Source of the DNA: Candidatus Latescibacterota bacterium
Lineage (GTDB): Bacteria; Latescibacterota; UBA2968; GCA-2709665
Length of the DNA: 64,000 nucleotides
Direction: 5' to 3'
NCBI GenBank assembly: GCA_965248435.1
Contig: OZ252100.1
Span: forward strand, 2,592,001 to 2,656,000
The position numbers and the translations under genes are program-made. Below, piece by piece: positions 28,678 through 39,818 of this stretch (the stretch's first letter is position 1; every line of letters starts with the position of its first letter). The notes beneath the pieces were generated by a model, which saw nothing but the letters and a program-made list of their open reading frames with translations, ran no database searches and had not been told where the DNA came from.

Positions 28678-30126
28678 TTGCCAAAACGCACCGACATAGA
28701 AAAGGTCATGCTCATCGGCTCGGGCCCGATCGTCATCGGTCAGGCGTGCGAGTTCGATTACTCCGGGACACAGGCCTGTAAAGCCCTCAAAGAGGAGGGT
28801 TATTCCCTGGTCCTGGTCAACAGCAATCCCGCCACGATCATGACCGACCCGGAGATGGCCGATCACACCTACGTGGAACCGGTCACGCCCGAGGTCTGCG
28901 CGGCCGTGATCGAGCGGGAAAAACCGGATGCCCTGCTCCCCACACTGGGTGGGCAGACCGGCCTGAACGTGGCGATGGACCTCCATCGGCAGGGCGTTCT
29001 GAAGCAGTTCGACGTAGAGTTGATCGGGGCGAATGCCGAGGCCATCGAGAAAGCCGAAAACCGGGAGCGCTTTCAGGAGGCCATGGCGAGCATCGGCCTG
29101 GACCTGCCCCAGGGGGGATTCGCACACACGCTGGATGAGGCGCTGGAGGTCGTGTCGAAAATCGGTTATCCCGCAATCATCCGTCCCTCCTACACCCTGG
29201 GCGGAACCGGTGCAGGCACGGCATACAACGCCGAAGAGTTCGAGACCGTCGCGTCCAACGGACTCGACCTCTCACCCACCAGCGAGATCCTCATAGAAGA
29301 GTCTGTTATAGGTTGGAAGGAGTTCGAACTGGAAGTGATGCGCGACCTGAACGACAACGTCGTCATCATCTGTTCGATCGAAAATTTCGATCCGATGGGA
29401 ATTCATACCGGCGACTCCGTTACCGTGGCTCCGGCGCAGACGCTGACGGACAAGGAGTATCAGTTGATGCGAAACGCGTCCATCGACGTGATCCGGGAAA
29501 TCGGTGTCGAGACCGGGGGATCCAACATTCAGTTCGCCGTGGATCCTGAAACGGGGCGTATGGTCATCATCGAAATGAACCCTCGTGTTTCCCGAAGTTC
29601 GGCGCTGGCCTCAAAGGCCACAGGATTTCCAATCGCGAAGATCGCGGCAAAGCTCGCGATCGGCTACACACTGGATGAAATCCGAAACGACATCACGCAA
29701 GAGACGCCTGCCTCTTTCGAACCCACGATCGACTACTGCGTTGTCAAGATCCCTCGATGGACGTTCGAAAAGTTTCCGCAGGCAGACGATCTGCTCGGAA
29801 CCCAGATGAAGTCGGTAGGAGAAACGATGGCCATCGGGCGGACCTTCAAGGAGGCCCTGCAGAAGGGATTCAGGTCGCTCGAAATCGGGCGCGCGGGTTT
29901 CGGGGCAGATGGCAAAGACCTGGATATCGCCGAGCAGGATCCGTCGGAGTTGAGGCACCAGCTCAGGAAGCCCAGCTCTCAGCGACTGTTTTACATCCGA
30001 TCGGCCTTCATCGCGGGGTTGTCGACGTCTGATATTCACGAATTGACGCACATCGATCCCTGGTTCTTGGAAAATATACGAGAGCTCATAGAAGTCGAGA
30101 AGGAACTGGCAGGTTTGGTGAGTTGA
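28678..30126 (+). CDS. carB: Carbamoyl-phosphate synthase large chain, N-terminal half
   Basis: [51 protein letters not shown]; ends after IDPWFL. Confidence 0.95.
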   Translation: MPKRTDIEKVMLIGSGPIVIGQACEFDYSGTQACKALKEEGYSLVLVNSNPATIMTDPEMADHTYVEPVTPEVCAAVIEREKPDALLPTLGGQTGLNVAMDLHRQGVLKQFDVELIGANAEAIEKAENRERFQEAMASIGLDLPQGGFAHTLDEALEVVSKIGYPAIIRPSYTLGGTGAGTAYNAEEFETVASNGLDLSPTSEILIEESVIGWKEFELEVMRDLNDNVVIICSIENFDPMGIHTGDSVTVAPAQTLTDKEYQLMRNASIDVIREIGVETGGSNIQFAVDPETGRMVIIEMNPRVSRSSALASKATGFPIAKIAAKLAIGYTLDEIRNDITQETPASFEPTIDYCVVKIPRWTFEKFPQADDLLGTQMKSVGETMAIGRTFKEALQKGFRSLEIGRAGFGADGKDLDIAEQDPSELRHQLRKPSSQRLFYIRSAFIAGLSTSDIHELTHIDPWFLENIRELIEVEKELAGLVS

Positions 30127-30273
30127 GGTCCACCGATGAAGATCACTTGAGGTCCCCGATCCTTCAGCGAGTCGAAAGTTGTCATCTTTTATCTTGACGC
30201 CCGAAAACGATCCCCCGTTCTGAGATAACGAATCAACCCGTCTGCCACGCCACACTGCACCCCTAGATCCAAA

Positions 30274-32103
30274 ATGAAAAGACACAACACGCTGAATGAC
30301 CTTAGAGCCCGAATCAGCAGGGACGCTCTGTTCAGGAGCAAGCAGTACGGCTTCAGCGACCGCCAGCTCGCCCACCTCTGGAAGAGCGACGAATGGACCG
30401 TGAGGGCGCTGAGGAAGGAACTTGGCGTCATTCCGACGTTCAAGACGGTGGATACATGTGCGGCGGAGTTCGAGGCCTATACCCCCTACCACTATTCGAC
30501 CTACGAGTCTGAATGCGAGGCGGTCAGGTCCGACCGGAAGAAGATTATGATCCTGGGCGGCGGACCAAACCGGATCGGGCAGGGAATCGAGTTTGACTAC
30601 TGCTGTGTCCACGCCGCTTTCGCCCTGAAGGAGGACGGGTTCGAAACCATCATGGTCAACTCGAATCCTGAAACAGTCAGCACCGACTACGACACTTCAG
30701 ACAAACTCTACTTTGAGCCCTTGACCGCAGAAGACGTCCTCAACATCGCGGATGTGGAGAATCCGGACGGCGCGATCGTCCAGTTCGGTGGACAGACGCC
30801 CCTGAATCTCGCCAACGATCTTGAAAAAGGCGGTCTCAAGATCATAGGAACCTCTCCAGAAAACATCGATCTCGCGGAAGACCGGGAGCGGTTCGGCGCC
30901 CTCATCAAGAAACTTGGCCTGCGACAGCCGGAAAACGGAACCGCGACGAGTGCGGATCAGGCCGTGGCCGTGGCAGAATCTATCGGGTATCCGGTGCTCG
31001 TACGCCCCTCCTATGTGCTTGGGGGGCGGGCCATGGTCATCGTATACGAAACCGAGGCGCTCTTGAGCTACATGGAAAAGGCGATTCAGTCTTCGCCGGA
31101 ACACCCGGTTCTCATCGACCGCTTCCTGGAAGATGCCCAGGAGTTCGACGTCGATGCCGTATGCGATCCCTCCGCAGTGATCATCGGCGGGATCATGCAA
31201 CACATCGAGAGTGCCGGCATCCACTCCGGCGACAGCGCGTGTGTGCTCCCGCCATACATGATTTCCGATGAAAATCTCGAGGAACTCAGGAAACACACCC
31301 ATGCCCTCGCGCGCGCCCTTCAGGTCGTTGGCCTGATGAACGTCCAATACGCGATTCAGGATGAGGAGGTCTACGTCCTCGAAGTCAACCCAAGGGCCTC
31401 ACGCACCGTTCCCTTCGTCAGCAAGACCATCGGGATCCCACTCGCAAAGGTCGCAGCACGAGCGATGGTCGGGAAGACGCTCGAGGAACAGGAGATTCCC
31501 CACCACGTCGCCATCGAACACATCGCGGTCAAGGAAGCGGTGCTGCCATTCATCAAATTTCCTGGCGTGGATACGCTCCTCGGTCCTGAAATGAAGTCGA
31601 CGGGCGAAGTCATGGGCATCGATACCGACTTCGGACTCAGCTTCTGTAAAGCACAGCTTGGCGCAGGCGTTCGATTGCCTGATTCGGGAACTGTGTTCGT
31701 CAGCGTAAACGATCGAGATAAGCCGGCCGTGGTGCCCGTGGCGCAGCGCCTGGTGGATCTTGGATTTCACATCCTCGCGACGCAGGGTACGCAGAAATTC
31801 CTGGCCGGCCAGGGGATCCAGGCCGAACATGTCTTCAAGATACAAGAAGGACGCCCTCACGTCGTGGATGCCATCAAGAACAAAGGCATCGACCTGATGG
31901 TCAACACCCCAGCCGGGGAGAAGTCTCATGCCTACGACTTCCAGATTCGGCGGGCTGCCGTTCAGTACGACATCCCCTACACGACAACCCTCTCGGGCGC
32001 TGCCGCGGTCGTCGCGGGGATCGAATCCCAGAAGAGGGAGGGACGTATCCGCGTCCGAACGCTTCAGGAGTTCCATCGAAGGGAGGTCTCACCGCCCCGA
32101 TGA
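30274..32103 (+). CDS. carB: Carbamoyl-phosphate synthase large chain, C-terminal half
   Basis: [47 protein letters not shown] domain. Confidence 0.95.
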   Translation: MKRHNTLNDLRARISRDALFRSKQYGFSDRQLAHLWKSDEWTVRALRKELGVIPTFKTVDTCAAEFEAYTPYHYSTYESECEAVRSDRKKIMILGGGPNRIGQGIEFDYCCVHAAFALKEDGFETIMVNSNPETVSTDYDTSDKLYFEPLTAEDVLNIADVENPDGAIVQFGGQTPLNLANDLEKGGLKIIGTSPENIDLAEDRERFGALIKKLGLRQPENGTATSADQAVAVAESIGYPVLVRPSYVLGGRAMVIVYETEALLSYMEKAIQSSPEHPVLIDRFLEDAQEFDVDAVCDPSAVIIGGIMQHIESAGIHSGDSACVLPPYMISDENLEELRKHTHALARALQVVGLMNVQYAIQDEEVYVLEVNPRASRTVPFVSKTIGIPLAKVAARAMVGKTLEEQEIPHHVAIEHIAVKEAVLPFIKFPGVDTLLGPEMKSTGEVMGIDTDFGLSFCKAQLGAGVRLPDSGTVFVSVNDRDKPAVVPVAQRLVDLGFHILATQGTQKFLAGQGIQAEHVFKIQEGRPHVVDAIKNKGIDLMVNTPAGEKSHAYDFQIRRAAVQYDIPYTTTLSGAAAVVAGIESQKREGRIRVRTLQEFHRREVSPPR

Positions 32104-33935
32104 ACCGTTCCTGGAAATTCGCGCCTCTCGCAGCTTCGGTCCTCCTTTCCAGCTGCGTCTATTTCAACACCTTCTACAACGCGCGAAAGCAATTCGATGA
32201 CGCCGATCGGAAGCGTCGGGAGGTGGAAGCCCGCCCAGAGAGGAGTCGAAGACCCCAGGAGTACAAGCCCCTCTACCAGAACGCCATCCGAAAAGCCTCC
32301 ATCGTGCTCGACAGACATCCCAATAGCAAATGGGTGGACGATTGCCTCCTGCTTATCGGCAAAGCTTTTTACTGGCGTGAGGTTTACGACGAGGCCGCCT
32401 TGAAGTTCCAGGAGCTTGCTGAGAACTTTCCGGAAAGTGGCCTGATCGACGAGGCCCGTTACTGGCGCGGTCTGTCACTCCGCGCCGCGAGCCGAATCGA
32501 TGCAGCTCGCGAAATATTTTCTGAAATTGGAAATACCGAGGGCGGGGCTTTCGTTCATGAATCCCGGATCGCTCTGGCAGAGCTCGAATCGGACCAGGAA
32601 AATTTCCAGGCCGCTCTGGATGCCTACAATCGCCTTCTCTCGGATTATGAGAAAGAGAAGAAGCTGAGGGCCCAGATCTGGAGTGGAATCGGAAACGCCA
32701 GTTTCCGTCTCATGCGCTATGATGACGCACTGGAGGCTTATCGAAACGTCTTGGAGTCCGGACCAACGATCGGGATGAACTACCTTACGCGGCTTCAGAT
32801 CGGGAAGATGCTCGAGTTGCGGGGCGAATCCGATGAAGCCTTGAAGGCCTACGGGGAAATCCTGAAAGTCAAACGCCTTCGCGTCTACGAGGGGGAAATT
32901 CGCCTTAAGCAGGCAAACGTATACGTTTCCGTGGGTGACCTTGCAGCCGCAGAAGAAATCCACAGGAAGATTATAGATGATTTCCCCCGCTCCGAACACA
33001 GTTCCGCGGCGTATTACGAAATGGGATTGATCGAGCTTCAGCAAAGAAAGAATCTTTCGTTGGCGAAGGAGCACTTTCAAAATTCGAGAAAGGAGAAGTC
33101 GAATTCCGAGGCGGCCGGACTCGTCAGGATACGTGAGAAGTTGCTCTCCGATCTGAAACGATACGAAAAGGCGTCGCGAAAGAAGGGCCTCAAAGGGCTT
33201 GAAGCCTCCTTCAACCTGGCTGAGCTCTACGTCTTTAACCTCTCCGAACCCGATTCCGCCGTGGCCATCTACAAACGGGTCCTGGAAAACGCCGACACGA
33301 CGCACTTCGCCCCCAAGGCCCTCTATGCACTGGGACTGGTCTACGCGGACACTCTCGAGGATTCCACTTCTGCGGGACGCTACTTTGACCAGCTGATCGA
33401 ACAGTATCCTGCCAGCCATTTCGCGCTTGCTGCCAGGAAGCAGATTCGCCGGGAGCGCACGAGTGAGGTCGAGGCCAGGGAACGATTTCATCAGGCCGAG
33501 GCGCTGAAAGGGGACGGCGCGGCGATGGAAGAGGTCCTGACCCTCTATGAAAAGATCGCCGCCGACTACTCGAACACCCTCTACGCGGCCAAGGCCATCT
33601 ACGCGCTGGCCTGGTGTTACGAAAACGAGCGCGACATGCCTGAGCTGGCCAGGGAGCAATATCAAAGACTGATCGATCGGTACCCATTGTCCGAGTTTTC
33701 GGAGGTGGCGATCGAAAAGTTGGAAGGCGACTTTCTGAAAGTCGAAGCTCCCCCCGCGGACAGTGCCAGGGCCCCTGACCCCGCTGACAGGAGATCTGAA
33801 TCGACGCGTCGCGATTCCGCGAAGGTCGATTCCATCGCCGCCACTTCGCCCGACCAGGAGGTTCTTCCTGACTCAACGGGCAAACGCACCTCAGCCTCGA
33901 AACGACAGCAGCCATCCCAGAAATCAGCCCGCTGA
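32100..33935 (+). CDS. Tetratricopeptide-repeat lipoprotein
   Basis: Lipobox [13 protein letters not shown], repeated YP/FP-xS TPR units. Confidence 0.85.
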   Translation: MNRSWKFAPLAASVLLSSCVYFNTFYNARKQFDDADRKRREVEARPERSRRPQEYKPLYQNAIRKASIVLDRHPNSKWVDDCLLLIGKAFYWREVYDEAALKFQELAENFPESGLIDEARYWRGLSLRAASRIDAAREIFSEIGNTEGGAFVHESRIALAELESDQENFQAALDAYNRLLSDYEKEKKLRAQIWSGIGNASFRLMRYDDALEAYRNVLESGPTIGMNYLTRLQIGKMLELRGESDEALKAYGEILKVKRLRVYEGEIRLKQANVYVSVGDLAAAEEIHRKIIDDFPRSEHSSAAYYEMGLIELQQRKNLSLAKEHFQNSRKEKSNSEAAGLVRIREKLLSDLKRYEKASRKKGLKGLEASFNLAELYVFNLSEPDSAVAIYKRVLENADTTHFAPKALYALGLVYADTLEDSTSAGRYFDQLIEQYPASHFALAARKQIRRERTSEVEARERFHQAEALKGDGAAMEEVLTLYEKIAADYSNTLYAAKAIYALAWCYENERDMPELAREQYQRLIDRYPLSEFSEVAIEKLEGDFLKVEAPPADSARAPDPADRRSESTRRDSAKVDSIAATSPDQEVLPDSTGKRTSASKRQQPSQKSAR

Positions 33936-33993
33936 ATCGCAGTTATGGAGTGACATTGAATCCACCGTCTGATCCACACATCACCCCGAACCA

Positions 33994-34782
33994 GTGAACA
34001 TGATTCAAGAGGATGGAGAGGTCGTGTTCAACGAACCGGTCGCGCAAGACATCTACTTGATGCGTCTGCGCGCCCCACGCATCGCCCGGGACTGTCGCCC
34101 CGCGCAATTTGTCCAGATCCGGACGGCCGAGGGCCTCTCTCCTTACCTTCGAAGGCCCTTCAGCGCCCTTCGTGCAGACCGCAAGGACGGATGGATCGAC
34201 ATCCTCTACGACGTCATCGGTCCGGGAACGCTGAGGATGTCAGTGGCGTCCGAGGGCGACGCCCTTGACCTGATCGGTCCTCTGGGTTGCCCATTCGAAC
34301 CCTCGGATGCCGACCGGCTCCTCCTTGTAGCCGGGGGTGTCGGCCTAGTCCCGCTCGCCTTTCTCACCTGGGAGGCTCCTCGAAGGCGACCCGAGACGAT
34401 CTTTCTGCTCGGCGCCGCCACAAAAATACGCATGCCTGACCCAGCCCGTTTGCTCCCACCCGGCATCGAGCTCCACCTGGCCACAGAGGACGGCAGCGCG
34501 GGTCACCGCGGCCTCGTGACCGACCTGATCCCCACTTTTGCCCGGGACGACAAGACCCTTATTTTCACCTGCGGGCCCGACGCGATGATGTCCCGCGTGG
34601 CAACACTCGCGGCTGAGCGCGGCCTGCCCTGTTTCGCTTCGCTCGAAAACCACATGGCTTGTGGTTTCGGGGCCTGCGTCGGCTGTGTCGTCGAATACCG
34701 CGAAGCGGTCAGGGATGACGTGCGATTTCGCAGAGCGTGTCTGGAAGGCCCTGTCGTTGACGCACACAAAATCGTCTGGTAG
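33994..34782 (+). CDS. pyrK: Dihydroorotate dehydrogenase electron transfer subunit
   Basis: LRRPFS, GPLG, GGVG, CGP, MACGFGACVGC...CLEGPV. Confidence 0.93.
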   Translation: MNMIQEDGEVVFNEPVAQDIYLMRLRAPRIARDCRPAQFVQIRTAEGLSPYLRRPFSALRADRKDGWIDILYDVIGPGTLRMSVASEGDALDLIGPLGCPFEPSDADRLLLVAGGVGLVPLAFLTWEAPRRRPETIFLLGAATKIRMPDPARLLPPGIELHLATEDGSAGHRGLVTDLIPTFARDDKTLIFTCGPDAMMSRVATLAAERGLPCFASLENHMACGFGACVGCVVEYREAVRDDVRFRRACLEGPVVDAHKIVW

Positions 34783-34786
34783 CCCG

Positions 34787-35701
34787 GTGATCGATCTGTC
34801 CACAGAGATAGGCGGCGGACTTACGCTCCGGAATCCGGTGATGATCGCCTCCGGTACGTTCGGTCATGCCGCCGAATACGCCGACCTCTTCGACCTCAGC
34901 CGAATCGGGGGCGTCGTCACGAAGACGATTACCTACCATCCGCGTTCGGGCAATCCCCCACCCAGGACGGTGGAGACCCCGGGCGGAATGCTAAACGCTA
35001 TCGGACTGCCAAACCCGGGACTCGAAGGGTTCATCGAAGAAAAACTCCCACCGCTAAAGGCGTTGGACACGGTGCGGGTCGTCAGCATCGCGGGCACATC
35101 GAACACGGAATTTGCCCAAATGGCTCATCGACTGAACGATCTTCCCGGTGTGGATGCGCTCGAGCTCAACATCTCGTCCCCGAACATGAAAGACGGCGGC
35201 ATGCTCTTCGGCTGCCGAGAACAGGCTACCCAGGCCGTGACCGCGGCAGTAAAGGCGGTCTCGCGACTCCCCGTAATCGTCAAACTTACGCCAAATGTCA
35301 CCGATATCGCCGCGGTGGCCGCCGCCGCAGAAGAGGGGGGCGCAGACTGCATCGCACTGATTAATACCCTCCTCGGAATGGCGGTAGACATCGGGTCCAG
35401 GCGGCCGGTGCTTCGAAACGTGACTGGGGGACTCTCCGGACCCGCCATTAAGCCGGTTGCCCTCGCACAGGTCTGGAAGGTCGCCGACCGAGTCTCTCTA
35501 CCTGTTATCGGGATGGGCGGCATTTCGACCGCCGAAGACGCCATCGAGTTTCTGATTGCGGGCGCCTCTGCGATCCAGGTCGGCACGGCCGTGTTCATAA
35601 ATCCCTGGGTGCCTCTGGACATTGTGAGCGGAATTATGGATTATTGTCAAAGTCACAGCATCGATCCATTGAAGAATCTGGTGGGAAGTCTCAAAACCTG
35701 A
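34787..35701 (+). CDS. pyrD: Dihydroorotate dehydrogenase, class 1B catalytic subunit
   Basis: NPVMIASGTFG, MLNAIGL.NPG, ELNISSPN, VKLTPN, INT, GGLSG.AIKP; GTG start just after pyrK. Confidence 0.93.
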   Translation: MIDLSTEIGGGLTLRNPVMIASGTFGHAAEYADLFDLSRIGGVVTKTITYHPRSGNPPPRTVETPGGMLNAIGLPNPGLEGFIEEKLPPLKALDTVRVVSIAGTSNTEFAQMAHRLNDLPGVDALELNISSPNMKDGGMLFGCREQATQAVTAAVKAVSRLPVIVKLTPNVTDIAAVAAAAEEGGADCIALINTLLGMAVDIGSRRPVLRNVTGGLSGPAIKPVALAQVWKVADRVSLPVIGMGGISTAEDAIEFLIAGASAIQVGTAVFINPWVPLDIVSGIMDYCQSHSIDPLKNLVGSLKT

Positions 35702-35719
35702 ACCCTGGACGCTTGACTC

Positions 35720-36199
35720 TTGACCGCGCTTCGATTCACGATCCTGTGGCTTCTTCTGATCCTAACCCTGGCGACACTACCGGCCTGTGTTTCCCGGCCC
35801 CGTTACAGAACCAGCCCACCGAAACCGAGAGACCAAGAAAAAAACTCACCCTCCAAACACAATAACAACGGATCTCTCACTCCTGTCTCAAGAAAGGGCG
35901 CTCACCAGATAGGGCTCTCTTCTTATTATGCACACAAATTCCACGGGCGACCCACCGCAAGCGGAGAGATTTTCGACATGAACGGGCTAACCGCTGCCCA
36001 CAGAGAACTCCCGCTCGGCACGGTCGTTCGAGTCACTCATCTCGGGAATGGCCTAGACATCGTCGTCAAAGTGAACGATCGCGGTCCGTTCATAGATGGC
36101 CGAATCCTCGACCTCTCCCTGGGCGCCGCGCGAAAACTCGAAATGATCCAGGAGGGTGTGGCCCTCGTCAAGATCGAGATCCTGGAGGCAGTTCAATAA
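35720..36199 (+). CDS. rlpA: Septal ring lytic transglycosylase RlpA family lipoprotein
   Basis: Lipobox LPAC, SYY..KFHGRPTASGE, TAAH, VNDRGPF, DLS. Confidence 0.92.
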   Translation: MTALRFTILWLLLILTLATLPACVSRPRYRTSPPKPRDQEKNSPSKHNNNGSLTPVSRKGAHQIGLSSYYAHKFHGRPTASGEIFDMNGLTAAHRELPLGTVVRVTHLGNGLDIVVKVNDRGPFIDGRILDLSLGAARKLEMIQEGVALVKIEILEAVQ

Positions 36200-36202
36200 A
36201 AA

Positions 36203-36271
36203 CAGACGGCGGACGGCGAGATGAATCGCTTGATTTTTCTGGGTTTTTGGTTGTCTGCGGTCCGCGGTCTG
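36203..36271. repeat. Heptamer-arm REP-like element, copy 4
   Basis: CAGACGGCGGACGGCGA-GATGAATCGCTTGATTTTT-...GTCTGCGGTCCGCGGTCTG. Confidence 0.65.
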
Positions 36272-36289
36272 TAGTTTGAGGAGATACCC

Positions 36290-37978
36290 ATGTCACCAAC
36301 CGAAACGTATAAGGTCTCTGATCTGTGCGAAGCGGCAACAGACGGTGACGTCGAACGCATCAAAACCATGCTCGATGCCCAGCCCGATCTGGTCAACGTG
36401 CATATGGCTGAAGACGACGAACATCGAGCCATTCACTTCGCCGTCATGAATCAGCGAGTGGACGCCGTGCGCACGCTCATGAAAGCCGGCGCTAACCACA
36501 GGTCGGGCATCTACCCACACCGCGATGCCACCGGTGCCCTCACAATGGCCGAAGAGCGGGGATACGACGACATCGTTCGCATCATCCGCGAGGAAGACGA
36601 AATACGCAACCTCGCTGCGTGCAAGAACGTCACCATCAGCCCCCAAAACGACGCCCTCTTCGATGCCATCGCTGAAGGCCACCAAGCTGATGCGCTCGAC
36701 ATTCTCGACGAACACCCCGATCTAATCGACGTGTGTCATCGCGACGGCGGGAGCGCCATCTATACCGCAGCTTCGCACGGTCGCTATCCACTTATACTGG
36801 AACTCCTGAAACGCGGTGCCGACATTTCACATCTCATGCCTGAAGGGGCATCGCCACTCGATGGCGCCGTTCACAAAATAAGGCGGCGCAACAAACCGAT
36901 CAATGAAGGCTGTTTGATTGCCGCAGGCATCCTTTTGCAGGCCGGCTGTGAGTTCTCGCTCGAAAGCGCCGTCGCGTTGGATGATCACGACTTCGTTCGC
37001 AACTACGCACAGACACACCCCGAGCGCTTCCAGTCCGATGAGAGCGAGAGGGACGGCCTCCTTCAAATAGCGGTAGAACACCACCGTGTCGACATGCTAC
37101 GTCTGTTGCTCGACCTTGGCCTCCATCCCGATGACCGGCACCAGAAACACGACTACGAATCCAAACCCCACAGCTGGGGTGAGCCGCTCTGGCTTGCGGC
37201 CGGTGATTCGCTTTATGAAATCGCCGAACTCCTCCTCGATCGCGGCGCCGATCCCAATGCCAGTGTTTACGCCAGTGGCAATCCTCTCGAGAGGGCCTAC
37301 AATAATCAGGACGATAGAATGAAGGGATTGCTTTTCAGATATGGAGGCGCCCTCGACCCCACAACGGCCGGACTCGAAGGCGAGACCGCCGCCGCGGCCG
37401 TCGCCCTGAACAACGATCCGTCACTCGCCGAACAGCTCCTCTGGGCCGCGGGTTGTGGGGGTGATCCCGATATCGCAGGCATGTGCCTGCGTGAACTCGA
37501 TTGGGAGCGGGACGACCCACGCTGGTTCTCTCTGCTCGAGCAGCCCCTGCGCCTCTGGCGTACGAATCCCCATCGCAAATTCCGCGATTTCGACCGATCC
37601 GTCTATCCAGAGATCTTCCGAATGATCCTGGATCACGGCGTGAGTCCCAACCTCGTTGGCCGTTTCGGATACAGGCTCGCACACCGTCTCGCCGCCTGCG
37701 GCGTGGCCTGGGGCGAGCCTGTCATGACCGAAACCGACCGTATCAATTTCGCCGAGATCCTCCTCGACCACGGCGCCGATCTCGACGTTACCGATGACCT
37801 GCTGCAGTCCTCTCCCCTTGGGTGGGCCGCTCGCTGGGGCAGGTACGAACTCGCCCGATGCTATCTCGAACACGGTGCAGATCCGACGCTTGCCGCAGCA
37901 GACTGGGCCACCCCGCTCGTGTGGGCGGAGAAGAGAGAGTATCCAGACATATCAGATCTGATCGGACAATACATCTAG
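36290..37978 (+). CDS. Ankyrin-repeat protein
   Basis: Multiple PL.xAA / LL..GAD.N units. Confidence 0.88.
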   Translation: MSPTETYKVSDLCEAATDGDVERIKTMLDAQPDLVNVHMAEDDEHRAIHFAVMNQRVDAVRTLMKAGANHRSGIYPHRDATGALTMAEERGYDDIVRIIREEDEIRNLAACKNVTISPQNDALFDAIAEGHQADALDILDEHPDLIDVCHRDGGSAIYTAASHGRYPLILELLKRGADISHLMPEGASPLDGAVHKIRRRNKPINEGCLIAAGILLQAGCEFSLESAVALDDHDFVRNYAQTHPERFQSDESERDGLLQIAVEHHRVDMLRLLLDLGLHPDDRHQKHDYESKPHSWGEPLWLAAGDSLYEIAELLLDRGADPNASVYASGNPLERAYNNQDDRMKGLLFRYGGALDPTTAGLEGETAAAAVALNNDPSLAEQLLWAAGCGGDPDIAGMCLRELDWERDDPRWFSLLEQPLRLWRTNPHRKFRDFDRSVYPEIFRMILDHGVSPNLVGRFGYRLAHRLAACGVAWGEPVMTETDRINFAEILLDHGADLDVTDDLLQSSPLGWAARWGRYELARCYLEHGADPTLAAADWATPLVWAEKREYPDISDLIGQYI

Positions 37979-38012
37979 CGTCTCAGACGACCCGCCGGTG
38001 AAGTGTACAGAA

Positions 38013-38047
38013 AAGCGGCCGTCTTCATCTTGTGAAGACGGCCGCTT
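38013..38047. terminator. Hairpin terminator between convergent genes
   Basis: 15-bp perfect stem AAGCGGCCGTCTTCA/TGAAGACGGCCGCTT, A-run on the left. Confidence 0.7.
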
Positions 38048-38069
38048 CAGTTATGATCTGTCTGTTGCT

Positions 38070-38501
38070 TCAGGACTGTCCGTTGTCGGACGGCTCCTCC
38101 CCGGACCTCTTCCCTTCGGCCTTTTCCCAGACCAGCCTCTCGAAGGCCCGCTTCGCGTTCAGTTCCTGCTCTCGCTCTTCGTGCAGCATCCGGGAGACGA
38201 TCCCCGCAAGTCGTTCGGGATCCCGCTTTCCTATCGCCAGGAGGGTCTTCAACTCCTTGATCGTCCGCTTTCGGGGTGAAAGTACCCCCTCAGGCCCTTT
38301 AGCAGCCTGCTTAGGGCCTTTGCCCCTCCTGAGCGGCGCGCGCTTCTTGCCGGCGCGTGTGAGCGTGACACGCTGCGTCTTCCACGGGCGCAGCACCTTA
38401 TCCAGGAACCGCTCCTTACCGCTTTCCTGATTTTTTCCGTTGTCCTGATTCTTGTCGCTGTCCTGATTCTTGCCACTGCCCTCAGGATCTTTCTTCGCCA
38501 T
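38070..38501 (-). CDS. Hypothetical basic protein with GKNQD repeats and a FliF-C-like helix
   Basis: GGAG RBS; KNQ(D/E) x3; DPERLAGIVSRML. Confidence 0.65.
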   Translation of the reverse strand: MAKKDPEGSGKNQDSDKNQDNGKNQESGKERFLDKVLRPWKTQRVTLTRAGKKRAPLRRGKGPKQAAKGPEGVLSPRKRTIKELKTLLAIGKRDPERLAGIVSRMLHEEREQELNAKRAFERLVWEKAEGKRSGEEPSDNGQS

Positions 38502-38609
38502 CTCCAGTTCCCCTGTTTCAGGCCCTGGTGGGAATTTAGTAATTCTGGTCCATCAGGACCAGTAAACCTTAGGTTAAGGCTCGAACGGCCGTTCCCTCGG
38601 AAACAGACA

Positions 38610-39818
38610 CTACTCAACCCCTTCGCCGGCCCCGACGGTTCGGAATTCAATCTGGGTCGGGAACGCGAAGCCCAGCAGGCGTCCCATCACCTCCCATTCG
38701 ACGAGGTCAACGACCGTGATTCCACTCCCACCACTCTGCGTGACGAATGTGCCCACGTAGGCCCGGGAGCCGTCGGGAGAAATGCCGATCGAACTCGATT
38801 GGCCCCCCAGATCCAAACGATTTGAAATCAGATTCCGTCCTACATCCAGGGATAGCAGCGTCCCAGCCGAACTGATGTAGAGGATCTTCCCATCCGGAGA
38901 AAAAGCAAGCCCCCCGTTCCCTGTATCATCGAGTTGAATCGCGCCGATCACTCGATCAGAGACCAGATCCAACACCGAAATGACCGGGCGATCCCCGTTC
39001 AGCACATAGGCTCGCTGGCCGTCTGCGGTGATACGCATATCAACGGGCTGCGAGCCGACGTCGATTCTACCCACCTCTTCCCCGCGTACCAGGTCCAGCA
39101 CGGAGATGTCGAAGCTGAGGGCATTCATCACGTAGAGCTTTCCTCCGTCTGGCGTCAGTCCCAATTGCTGGGGCGCGGTACCGACCCCGATCGTATCTAC
39201 GGGTTCCCGCCTCTCAACATCGATAATCGTCACTTGAGAAGTAAATGCCTCTGCGACATAGGCAAGATTTTCGTCAGGACTCAGTACCACGCGACCTGCG
39301 GATTCCAACGGCACGGAAAATTGGAGCTCCTGCTCAGCATTCAATACGAAAAGCCCGAACGACTCCGAAATATAGATCGACTCCTCGTCCTTTGAAATCG
39401 CCATGCCGGTCGGGCCACGGAAGGCAAGATACTCCTGTAACAGGTTGCTCCTGAAATCTATGACACCCACGAAATCCGCGCCGAGGTCGACCACGTAGAC
39501 CTCGAAACCACGACTCGGGGGCTGATCCTCCTGAATGGTGCCAAAGGCCTCGCTGAAAGAGACGAAGTCGTTTAGATTCACGACACCGTCTCCCGTAAGA
39601 TCAAACTCGGGATTGTACCCCGGATCTCCGCTCTGGGTCTCGAAAACCGTCACGAAAAGCACGAAATCGGCAAACCCGACACGTCCATCTTTGTCAAAAT
39701 CGGCCGCTAGAGGACCTTCAACGATCCAAACGATTCCATCGACCTGGGCTTGAAGACCCTGTGATGCGTACGCCCAAACAAGTACGGCTAAGACCAAACC
39801 CCTCGTCCAACTCATCAA
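38610..39818 (-). CDS. Secreted dockerin-like plus YVTN/YncE beta-propeller protein
   Basis: Signal peptide, DFDKDGRVGFADF...DLTGDGVVNLNDF, repeated (S/T)PDG..LYV. Confidence 0.85.
   Translation of the reverse strand: MMSWTRGLVLAVLVWAYASQGLQAQVDGIVWIVEGPLAADFDKDGRVGFADFVLFVTVFETQSGDPGYNPEFDLTGDGVVNLNDFVSFSEAFGTIQEDQPPSRGFEVYVVDLGADFVGVIDFRSNLLQEYLAFRGPTGMAISKDEESIYISESFGLFVLNAEQELQFSVPLESAGRVVLSPDENLAYVAEAFTSQVTIIDVERREPVDTIGVGTAPQQLGLTPDGGKLYVMNALSFDISVLDLVRGEEVGRIDVGSQPVDMRITADGQRAYVLNGDRPVISVLDLVSDRVIGAIQLDDTGNGGLAFSPDGKILYISSAGTLLSLDVGRNLISNRLDLGGQSSSIGISPDGSRAYVGTFVTQSGGSGITVVDLVEWEVMGRLLGFAFPTQIEFRTVGAGEGVE

Noticed and set aside
30124-30273. Selenocysteine or simple stop readthrough joining the carB halves
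   Set aside because: Three in-frame stops including a TAA, and the spacer translation does not resemble CarB.
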